From Zygnema circumcarinatum SAG 698-1b (Eukaryota; Plantae; Zygnematophyceae): a DNA stretch of 64,000 bases. The stretch lies in the NCBI GenBank assembly GCA_037447605.1, contig CM074807.1:3298829-3362828 (forward strand). Direction: 5' to 3'. Numbering within the stretch: position 1 is the first letter of the stretch; each line of letters opens with the position of its first letter. The notes beneath the pieces were generated by a model that worked only from the letters and a program-made list of their open reading frames with translations, had not been told where the DNA came from and made no database searches. Made by a program: the position numbers and the translations under genes. Positions 42,452 through 53,800 of this stretch are shown here, piece by piece.

Positions 42452-42594
42452 CACGTGTACAGTTATGATGACATGGCATGCTGTGATTGGTAAGACCCAA
42501 AAAAAAGGCGCTAATTGGAGTGAGAAGTGCTGACGTGGTAGACTGGCGATTCATTGTCGCGCCACGTGGAATAGTATGTGCCACGTGTCACGTA
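42452..42594. promoter_or_regulatory. G-box/ABRE cluster between the divergent YABBY and F-box genes
   Basis: CACGTG 42452, TGACGTGG 42531, GCCACGTGG 42561, CCACGTGTC 42581 and CACGTA 42589. Confidence 0.45.
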
Positions 42595-43111
42595 GTCAGG
42601 CAAGTTCTTTCACTCATGCGAACATCCCTATTTTCCTGTGTGAGTGCTTCTAGACTTTGTTTCCTACAGCATCAACAACATTATATATGCATGGATGCGT
42701 ACACATTGTTGTTATTCTCACCAATGAGTACAATGTTGCCAAAGCTACGCTCTCCCTCACTGGGTATGCTCGAAAACAACTAGTTTCTAGAGACAGGCGA
42801 TTCCGCCGTGAAGGGATGCTTGAACGGTAATGAATGACTCCAAATCGATGCAAGATAAAGATTTGGACCACTCCTGCGCCGTGACATTGAAAGCATTGCA
42901 AACGCTGCAAGCGCCGGCGGCGTCCGTACACTTCTGGAACCTTCCTGTCGGCGCATTGGGTGAGTTGTGACTGTTAAGGATGTGCCTCTAATCGCCATCA
43001 TCTCACTCCCCTCCCTGTCGTCCTCTCATATTTCTCCTCATATTCCTCTGCTTGTCTCTCTTTCCTTTTAAGAGATTTCTTTACTTCGTTTTCTTCGTCC
43101 TTCTTGCATCC

Positions 43112-44317
43112 ATGGACTCGAGCAGCCAACGAGAAAGTGGCGCTTGCGATGGCGGCTCAATCTTGAGCCTTCCGATGGTCCTTTTGGTGCAAATTCTCTT
43201 CGAGGCTGTTGAAGTTGAAGGTTTTATGACGAGCGCTTTGCATCTGTCCACTGTCTGCAAGGCCTTTCAAGAAGCGGTGCAGGCATTCGCGGACGCACAT
43301 ATTGGAAGCAGAACGGTGACTGCCATACAACAAAGGGTCCATGGAGAGGAAGCTCAAGTGCTTCAAATTGGAAAACTTGTGCGTCTAACGCCTAAAGTGG
43401 AGTCCCTTACCGTTGTTGATTCTCCCGTTGTCCCTTCGATGATATCGTTTTGGTCGACTGTGATTGGGACTACTCTTCGAACTCTAACTATCGTGACAGA
43501 CGAAGGTCTCAGTTGGAAGCATTTCCAAGCGCTCGCCAGCTAACCAGTTCTTGAAAACCTAATGGCCACGATGGTGCTCGATCCGGGTATAGCCAAGTGC
43601 AGATTTTTTGAAAGTGTGAAGAGGCTTTATGTCATTGTAAAAAAGCAAAGGGGCGATGGAGTTTTTGAGGGCTTTCTCCGCTTGTTTCCCAATCTCACAT
43701 TTCTGGACTTAACCTACTTTATCAAGCTAAAAGGATATAAATATCTGGTCGAACACGCTATCTTGGAAGAGCTAAATGTACGTGGCGATTTCTATCATTT
43801 GAAAATTACATGTCCTCGGTTGAGAATTCTCAAAATTGCAGGAGGTGTAGGCGAGTTAGTATTCGGGCACAACGGTTGCTTGGATGAGATCCGTCTACAA
43901 GCACAGATCCACGACATCAGATTTGAAATGGATTCGTCAAGAAATGAATTCCACAATTCCATATTTGAATTTTACTTCGATGATGAGGATCTTCTTCTCA
44001 AGTTTCTTTTGAGGAGCATGAACAGTTTGGAAAAGGTCCGAGTGATCATATCGGACTCGCTATCTTGGGTGAACGTTTGTAAGGCTTTGAAGAATATCGT
44101 GTTCTTCCCTCGACTTGCTGAACTTACGCTTTCAGTATTTTTTGAGCCTCTAGAAATACAGATGTCATGTGAATGGCTGAAAGTCAGCCCGAAGCTCCAA
44201 CATGTGGGCTTCATAATAAACTCAGAGGCACACAGGGCCGACGTTTATGATGCCTTCATGGAGAAGATTGAAGAATTACGGAAGTTGTTTCCAAGGGTTT
44301 GCTTCAGCCTCGTGTGA
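43112..44317 (+). pseudogene. Intronless F-box/LRR (FBD-type-like) gene interrupted by one in-frame stop (TAA 43541-43543)
   Basis: F-box-like motif ILSLPMVLLVQIL...LSTVCKAFQEAV, followed by LRR-like repeats (LTPKVESLTV, FPNLTFLDL, ITCPRLRILKI, FLLRSMNSLEKVRV). ORFs 43052-43543 and 43562-44317 are in the same frame, reading ALAS*PVLENL. Confidence 0.7.
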
Positions 44318-45917
44318 GATAGCAAAGACGGCAAACGGACCAACATACGCCAAGTAAGGGACTCTCACCTTTATAACGTGCATCTACTTTTTGAAGCAGG
44401 AAGTAGACAAATTTGAACGCTTTTGTTGCTTTTTCTTATGATTTTCGAAGATTATCTATGTGCGTGTACCTGCCTAACGTAAGGAATTCTGTTGTTCTTC
44501 ACTTGTGTCTACTTCTTGCCTAACTCACCCAAGCATGATGCTTTGGTGTTCGCTGGATTCATTACAGGTGATTTTCCGGCCATTAGAGTTCCATGGAGAG
44601 TTTTACTGAAGGAGGCTGCACGCTTGCTTTCAATTTTTGTTAGCAATGGCGATGATTCGAGACTCGGTTCAAAAGCTTACGTTGGGACTGCAGAAGTGAG
44701 GCAGATTCATGATGAATAGATCCCTTTTCAATGCGGGCAAGTTTTTTTTGGTTGCATAAGCGATCTCGTTTGGATGTTTCAGTGACAGGTTCGGGTGTTT
44801 ACTGACTACATTTTAGCGCTTTTTTTGGCCTAGTTTAGGATGGTTACAATCGTTCTTGTTGGCTGCTTCAGTTACCTTTAGACTGCTATGGCCAATATTC
44901 GGATTTTTTTCCTTTGGGTTTGGTGACGCTTTGATGTTTCCTTTGGATGTTTGGGCCACTCTCTCGAGTCTCTTCACCCCAGTCTTTCTTGCCTTGGAAA
45001 AGCAACAGTTCATACCGAATCTGCCGGTCCGTGCCGTTCCTATAAAGTTGAGCAAAATCTGTTAAAGTGTATAAGCTCTAATCCACTGCTAGTGCTCCTC
45101 TATATGTTGATGCCTCATCTCTCAGAGCATGACTCTGGGCAAATTGCATTCCAATTGACTTTAAAGCAAATATGCAAAGACATAAAAGCACAAAGAAATC
45201 ATACACATACAAAATGCGGAATAAAAATGGAGAAAGCCCTAAGGGCCTAAAACTCCATTAAGAATAAGCAAGGAGGTACAGCATAATAGTCAAAGCCAAC
45301 AGCTCTCACTACCAGTCTCGGCAACCCCCTAGCCTGTTGGTGTGTGCCAGTAGCAACATCCAATCAGCTGGAAAAAAGGGGGCGAAGTTTCATTTTCCTC
45401 TATTTAATCCTCCACACAACTTTGCGCACCATGAAGGCGTTGCTTGCTGCTCGCATGCATTGGGCTGTGCGCCCATCGCTCCTCCACGATGCGCGCACAG
45501 CCCAGGAAAATCATTTTTTGCTATGCGCACGCCCCCTATGAGCAACGCAGTTCCATGGCTTCGGAGGTGCTCCTAGAGCCGTGCTGTTGTTAATTGGCCT
45601 AGAAGCAAAGTTGCTCTCATAGCTTTTATCTTTCCATTATTAGGTCCTTTGCGAGCGGTTGGCTCTTCGTGGTTCCCCATGTCGCTCTTGAATTCTTGTT
45701 CTTGTTTTCGCCATGCGCGAGATGAATGCCACATCTCTTTTCGTTTCCTTCGCACGCTTGCGCCATGCATACTGTTCATTCATTCAAAACCATGTAGCGC
45801 ACAAAATACGCATCGAGAATGGAGGAAGCGCGCCGTTTTTCACATAGAAATTTGCGCTCACAACTAAAAGACATCGTGCCATGCAGTGGTTTAATGATGG
45901 CAGACTGAGTCGGAATG

Positions 45918-46009
45918 CATGTATGTATGTATGTTTGTATCTATGTATCTATGTATGTATGTATGTATGTATGTATGTATGTATGTATGTATGTATGTAT
46001 GTATGTATG
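45918..46009 (+). repeat. (TATG)n microsatellite
   Basis: About 22 units with a few variants, just downstream of the BRCA2 stop. Confidence 0.95.
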
Positions 46010-46087
46010 GGTCAGCCTGGTGAACACACCCCCCCTATTTACTTAGCCTCCCCCATCTCTTCCCCTTCCACCCTCATCTCCTTTCCC

Positions 46088-49000
46088 TCAATTCGAAGGA
46101 GTGCCAACAAAGTATTGGTGCAGCCTTCCCCTCCTCTTCACACTCCCGTTTCCATTTGGTCCATCGCTCCGCCCCATCAGTTCCATCTGTGTGGGAGTAA
46201 GCCCTTCATTCCCTTCCTTAATTGGTGCCTTCACCATGTCGCCTCCAAATCTTCTTAGTTTCGAACCAGCAGAAATCCCGCCCTTAGCAGGTAAGGGAGG
46301 TTTCCTGCTTGACCTTAACATAGACATATCTGCGGGCCGAATCTTTGATATAATCAGGTCAGCAGTATTACGTGGGTCCCCGCCTCCAACTATCTCCGTC
46401 ACTCTCTCACACAGAGAGTTCACTACCTGCATGTGGATTATATCGTGAATGTCATGGGAATGGCAGGCCAATGCAGACCAGGTCATAGTCCCGTCATTCT
46501 GTTTACCAAACAATTCAAAACCATGCCTACCACGTCTTAACAGGTGTCCAACATGTGCCATTCATGCTAAGCTGACAGCAGAGGGGACAAACGAGAGAGG
46601 GGCGCAGAGAGGGAGGCCTAAAGAGAGGGAAGGCGAGAAAGAGTTCTAAGGAGAGGGAGGAAGAGAGGGAAGGCTAAAGAGAGAGGGTGGTTTGGGACCT
46701 TGAAACTTACCTGCGGAGACATGGATGATGTCCATGTGGAGACAGTTCTAGCAGCATCCCTTAGATGGGAGACCCCCCCGCTGAACATGGAAGTCGAAAA
46801 GATTGAAGTGTCGGGACCTTCTGCGACCCATAGGCAGTTGAGGGCATCGGCCCTTCTGCGGAGAAGGTTACAGCAGAGCACCTACAAGAACAAACTGCAC
46901 TTCTTTAATTGACTCCTCGTGGTTTAGAGATCTATCTATATGGGTGAGTTGTTGAAGGTGTTCTCGTAAGGTCCTACGGGTGGGTTGCAAGAATACGAGG
47001 GAGAGAGGGACGGAGGGAAGGAGGTCGGGAAGGAGAGGGAGGGGAGGGAAGAAAATGGAGGAGAGGGGGAGGGGAGGAAGAAAATGAGTTAGTGAGGGAG
47101 GGAAAGAGGTCCCCAGTTTCCCCTATTGACCCCCCTTCCCCCCAACAAATAAAAAATCTCTCAAATATGTCCCTAGCGCTGACCGTAACTCTGCGAAATG
47201 ACTTAGACTGCAACGAAGGAGGGAGAGACCTTACCACAGTGCCTGTGAGCGAGGCTTCTAGGGGCATGAAAGCATCTGCAAATGCGCTGTGTTCCACTGC
47301 AACAAGGGCAAGGCCTTGCGCATTACTGGGCTCCTCCAGGCTACCCTCATCCCTTGACCCGTCTGCTAGAAACAGCCACTGAGAAGTTTTCATTCCCTTA
47401 AAGAGGGGCACGCCCACATGGACGACTAATGCAGCCGTGTCAAACTCCCTGCACATTGAGGGAAGTTGGCGGTATAAGATGTGGGAAGACTACTGACTTC
47501 TGTTGACGCCAAGAAAACCCAAGCTCAGAACCTACAATTATCTGCCCAAGCGGCGAGAAGGAGCGGGATATAGTGAGAGAGCAAAGGGAAAAAGAGAGAG
47601 AGGGAGGGAGAGAGAGGGAGAGGGAGAGGGAGAGAAAGTAGAGAGAGAGAGAAGGAACAACAAAGAGGGCGAGGGGCAGGCAAAAGGTGAGGAAGAGGAA
47701 CAAGAGGCAGAGGGACAGGGAAAAGGTCAAAGGGGAGAGAAAACAGTGCAGGAGAGTAAGAGGAGAGCTCTTCTTTTATGCTTGTATTAACCCTCACAAG
47801 AAACGGTTTGCCTTGAAAGAGGATATAATGGTTGTAATCATCACCTATCCTCTGGAATAGTGTGAAGGTCCGCCAGTCGTATTGCTTTCCTCGAAGGATA
47901 GACACACCTGAAGACGAGAGATCATCATGACTGCCTTCCGATTTAGGGCCATAGTCAGGGTCAAGGAGCAGAGGGGAGAAGCGGGGGAAAGATGACAGCC
48001 TCAATGCCATGCATGAGAGTCAATCAACGTTTGTTCTTGCAAGGGATAAGATTGACAACACATCTTCGAAAAGAACCAATAAATGTCAGAATAGGATTCT
48101 AGTCGAAAGTCTGCAACCTACCTGAGGCGATTTATCGAGATAGCGGGCAATTTCTGCCACTTTGTTGCCCGGGAGGTAGAGAGGTGAAGCAGACGGCTCG
48201 TGATGGACCCTTCACTGCGGACTGAAGAGAGTCGAAGACCAGATACAATGTACCTTCCTCCTTCCACCAACTCTTGAAGCTGTTTCCAGGCAGGGAAAGT
48301 GCCAGGCAAACTCTCCCATTCTTAATGCAAAGTAACAGACCACTTGGAGAAGACGTTCAGCAAAGTAAAGATTAACGGATTGACAGAGAGAACTTCGCTA
48401 AATTTCCTTACGAAGTACTTTACCTGTTCATCAGATGGGCGCCATACAGTGACTATTCCCTCTCCATCAGGAAAGATACCATCAGCTTCCCAGGGCTCTA
48501 CCTCCTCCTCCTCCTCCTCCTTACCCCCACAAGAAGGAAGGACAGTTTGCAGCCCTGCAACTCTTAAGCGCATCATTGGAGTAACATCACGTGATGCAAG
48601 ACCTGCCTCCTGCAGAGTCTGCTGAACCGCTTTTTCCACTTCCCTTCTCAAAAGTTCCTGTCATAATCACGAGCCCCACTGCCGAACCCAATACATCAAA
48701 AAGTGACATATCCCAAAATGTTCCTAAGCAAGCCAACACAACCCATACAATGAGCTCCAATATATCTCACAATGGTGAGATGTATCGCAGTCCCGCCAAG
48801 TGAGATTCAATTCCCTCTTTTCGATTATCCCAAAATGTGGGTATAATATGTGAAATGTGGATAGTATTACCTCTTGCTCGTTTCTGGCAGCTATTAGGAG
48901 GGACTGTTGTGCGAGAGAGAGGCTCGCAAAGAAACTCTCCCGGTCATCGCAGCTCTCAAGGGCAGCGGCGAGTCTGCCTCCCTCCCCCATCCTTGCCCCT

Positions 49001-50725
49001 CCCTTCCTTCTGCCTCCTGCTTGAATTTCTCCGCTTTCCAGTCGTAAGGAGACCTCCTCTGCCACTCTTGCCCTCCTTCAGCAACGTGAAGTTCAGACAA
49101 GCACGAGAGGATCAGACAGAGAGAGAGAGCGCACGAACAAGCGACATGGAAGAGTTTGAGGAATGAAGGTCTTGCATTTTTTTCTTTTTTTTAAGGACAT
49201 CTCCTTTTGCTCAGAAACAAATAAGCGTTCGTTCTGACTGAGCTCTGCAAAACTCAAAGACTGACCTGATGTCAAAATCTCTGCTTGCAGCCTCTTCAGC
49301 TCTGGCAGACCTCACTATGCCACCTCCACCTGGGAGCCTGTTGTAAGAAGGTATAGAGAAAGCACACAAATAGACCACGAAAAATAAGCACCTTAAAAGA
49401 ACTACCTCTACTTCCTTCACCCCTCTATTGAAGCATTCAGACGTTTGAAACGTGAAGGCTTGAAACACATTTTGATTATCCAGATCTCAGTACCTTTCCC
49501 GATACACAGGAGGGTACCGTCTCACCACTGCTAGGGCTGTGAGAGGCACCTCTCCCTCCCTCCCCTTCACGCAGCGAAAAGCCAGTGGAGGTGATGTACG
49601 GCCTACAGGAAGGATAGGCAGCAGGAGATAGGGGGGAAGCGAGAAAGAACGAGAGAGAGAGAGAGAGAGACGAGAGTAAGCGACAGGGAGCGCGGCAGTG
49701 AGAGAGAGAGGGGAGTCAGGATTTATTTGTAGGAATTCTTCATGCATTTACTCATCCTTGACAATCACCTTCCCAAGAAGCAAAAGGAAGGATTGCACAC
49801 ATGAAAGTAGCTATCAGCTAGACGATCACCTTCGAAGCAGGCAGAATACAGTGAACGCGCAGTCCCAAAAACCCTAACTAATCCAAAATCCCTACGCAAA
49901 GGGTTCAGAGGGATTTGAAGGCGTACAGAAGCCAAGTTTTGCAGACCACTTTGCACGATGTGTGCCGTTCGCATGTAAGCGCAATGTTGCAGACTTGCAT
50001 GCCTGCAATGGCGCTCAAATCAAGCCTCATTTAGGTTTCCAATTTGATTTCAACCTTAATCCAACCTTAACAGTGGAAAATTCTTCAAGGTGGAAAACAT
50101 GGAGCCGGCGTAGGAGGCCCCCTTTCTGTACACTTTCAAAATGATCAAGAGCGAAATCAAAGACCTAAAGTAGCAAGCACGTTTGGATACCTCAAGGGGA
50201 TGTAGACCTTCTTCACAGTTCAGCAGCTCAGCTCCGCAAACCTGACACAAGTCGGTCACACACAAGGAAGGTTTCTTTCGGAAAACTGCGGCAGAGGTGA
50301 GAGGGGGGAAAATGGCAATAGATAAAGTAATGTAATTATCAAAGCATACATACATACATGGTTATATATAAATACATGCATACAGCGTGTATGCAGAAGA
50401 AAGGCTTGCTAATGATGTGGCATAGAGGCGACAAATTAACTAATAATCAAGCAGCACGTTTGTTATCTGGTGTTCAAGAGATTGTTCATTTGAAGGTTAG
50501 GACATAAACAGCTAGCACCTCTCTGCAATTCTACTCCACGACATCAATACAGAAAACACTAAAATCCCCGAGATCGCTTGATAAGGTGGCAGTTTCTTAC
50601 CCTCAGCTTTTGACCGATAAAGAGCTTTCCAGCACGCAACCAGCGAGAAAGAAAAATGTCAAGTCGTGCTGGTAGCCAATACCTGCGATAAGTTGGGAGA
50701 GAGTGAGCGGGAGAGGAAGGGAGGG

Positions 50726-50806
<81 letters not shown>

Positions 50807-50817
50807 CAGAGAAAAAG

Positions 50818-50853
<36 letters not shown>

Positions 50854-53800
50854 GGGGCAGAGAAAAAGGAACACAGAGAAAGCGAAAAGTATTTTTGCCG
50901 TATTTCCTTCCGGTGAATACAGCATTCTCTTTAGAGAAACACAAACACATGAGGGAAAGTAAGTCAGATTGCAGATAACTAACTCATAGAACTGCAATAT
51001 GCGACTTTAAGCCATTATCTCCCTGTGAAAGTGCATATCCCTTACCATCCGTCCGTCACTTCGATAAGCGCATAGTCGGATCTCCCTTCTCTCGCTCCAC
51101 TAAAGCTCATTTTGCTCCAATTGGAGGCCATATCTTCATCGTGCATTGCTGTGCTGCCCCCTCCTGACCTTATGGCGGATATGCAGAGCACCATCGGGTG
51201 CCCGGAAACAACGTCTTTCTCAGTTATTTTTCTGAGTGCTGGTCGTTTCCCGTTGTTGATCTCCCGCTCATATCTGCCAAAAATTTCATCAGCTCCATCA
51301 GTGTAAGCTTCAATATTGAGACGTGTCTCTGAAGTCCTATGCACCACGCACAGAGAAGCTGCAGATTGCTTGGAAAATCATTTCGTTTCAGCCTGTACTC
51401 CTAGTTCTCCTGTAAGGAAGAATCAATTGACAAATTATGCTCACCTGTACTTCAGCTGCTCCAAAATATTATCTCTGTTAAGCAGCCGTTTGCCAAAGCG
51501 TCGTGGAAATCGCCTTTCGTAACATGCTAGCTTCCAAACGATCCATCTGTAGTGGTTCTTTACCCACCTGCAAAGAGTAATCATAACAAACCGGTTAGAT
51601 CAATAAGATCATAAGAATCAATCGGATCAACAAGATCAATGACGATATCCAAACAAGGCAACAACCAAATTAGACAAGCAAGCCACTACGTCTATCTCAA
51701 GCTGCATACAAGCAGCGAATCTTAAGCTAGCCTTAATTCCTGTCATCATAATGAGACACAGCCAAAGACTGCCGCTAAATACAATCCTATAACCCCGACA
51801 AACTCTAAAAACAGACGGCACTTACTCTTCAGAGGCAGATTTTGGGTCTGCTCCTTCTTTCACGAGAAGGCTCCGTAGTTCTCTGTACCCCAACGAGGCA
51901 TCTGACTCATTTCCTGTTCCAGGAGAGGGAGGCTCAGAGAGCCGAAACTCTTCAGCTGTGTCTGCTGTCATATAGCGCACATTGTCGGATACGAGCCAGC
52001 TCTGCAGGCAGTAAAGGAAGGAGAATTTCAATCTATATTGTACTCTTTGTTGAATCACGCAAGATAATGTATAGCGACTGGTTGACTGGTTGACTTGGAC
52101 ACAAGAATTCAACAATACTTCCATGGCAAATCTAAAAGCTTAGCTGAGCTTTTAGCTCCAATTACTGAGGAGTGATATTTCTTTCGGGGCATCTCAAATA
52201 GAGCACTCACCGCACAGTCCTGTCCTGGAACAGGCAAAACGTCCTCTAAGGATTGCCTAGAACTCGATTCTGTGTATAAAGTATGCAGCTTTTGCGGAGT
52301 AGAAAGTGGGGTGAGTGGCTGCATTGGAATTGGAGGGAAGCCTCCTGTGAATGCTCGCTTGCTCCTTCCTTGTGAAGCTAACGGTTGGGAAGAGTGGCCT
52401 GATCCTGTACTGGAAGGGGAAGGGGAAAAGAAATCGGTTCCTGGTGCCACTATATGATGGAGGGGAGTTTCCTTGAGAAGGCGGGGTGACAAAAACCTGC
52501 ATGCAGAAATAAAAGCTCATTGGAGTTGATGATCAAATTGACTTTGCTGGCCAGTAACAGCAGCCAATGCAGCTAATGCTTTGTACAAGTAGCGGCTGAA
52601 ACCACGCTTAATAGTTTCAATCACTTCATAGATAGAACCCGCCAGAGCGCCTTCCTTTTCTCAACTTCAGGTTTAACTTCAAGCGTCACTTTTCCAGAGC
52701 CCTTGAATTTATCCCTGACACTTTGCTATCGCACATGAACCAAAGGGAAGTGACTAGGGCAGGGCAGACACGAAAGCTGGATGCACCTGTTTTTCTGAGG
52801 ATGCTTCAAAGCGGGAGCCTTTGTCAAAGTCGTTTGAAGTCTATTACTGCTGCTGGACGGTGAACCTGCTGTAGGCCAAAAAGATTTCGGGCAATCATTT
52901 TTTACCTCTGCCTTCTCCAGAAATTCAGCACTACAGACTTCTCGATCGACTTTAAACCCTCCTTGCGTCTGCCTCCCTTCCTGGAAACCGCCAGCGTTGC
53001 TACCTGCCATCCTATTCCTGATGTTCCACGGTTGTTCTACATTCTGCTCTACCTTTCGATAATCATTATCCGCTCCCTCGAAGTTGCGACTGGATGGTGT
53101 TGTCGGTGTTGTTGGAAAGGCGAGCTGATTGCCTCCTTTTCCATCCCACTGTCCCACAGATGTTTCACCAAAAAGCACCTTTGCTTGATTATAACTCTGC
53201 TCCGAAATGTGAACCGCCTTTCCACTTCCTGTCTGAAAGAGCCCCATGCATTCGCTACCTTTTACTTCTGTGACATTAGAAAATCTATTCTTTAGCTCGC
53301 CCGCAGGAGGATAGCTGCTATGATTCCCCAAAATCGAGTTCGCCTTTGCCCAAGCTGTAGTAGAACTTGGAGGTACAGCCTTTCCCGAAGCAGTTTTGAA
53401 CAGGTCCATACTATAGTCAGCATTTGATGATTCAGAAAACGTAGACGTTGCCATAACTGCAGGTTGGTGACACTGCGAAATCATTCCCGTAAATTCATCA
53501 TCAAGGAGCATCTTTGCTTTCTTAAAAGCTTCAGCTGAAGCTGTAGCCAGTCTTTTTCCTGAGGCGCTTTGGAATAGACTCATGCACTCATCGTTTGCAT
53601 TCTCAAAGTTCACATTGGTGGTTGTGCTTGCTGAAAACTTAGGCTGAAATCGTTGCGCTGATCTATGGGCACCTGTCGATGAAAAAGTATGGCTCCCTTG
53701 TTTAGAAATCTGGTGAGCTCCACCATCGTCTAGGAGAGCCTTGGCTCTTTCCAACGCTGCAGAATCGATGGGATTCACTTTCTTTCCTGAAGCGGTTCTA

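Noticed and set aside
44492-44719. Small ORF after the F-box gene, preceded by donor- and acceptor-like sites
   Set aside because: No recognisable protein; more likely a 3' UTR intron or exon of the F-box transcript.
52620-52715. Possible extra BRCA2 exon (DKFKGSGKVTLEVK…)
   Set aside because: Its phase does not fit the next exon, whereas direct splicing from 52787 to 52496 gives an in-frame KNRFLSPR. It could still be an alternative exon.
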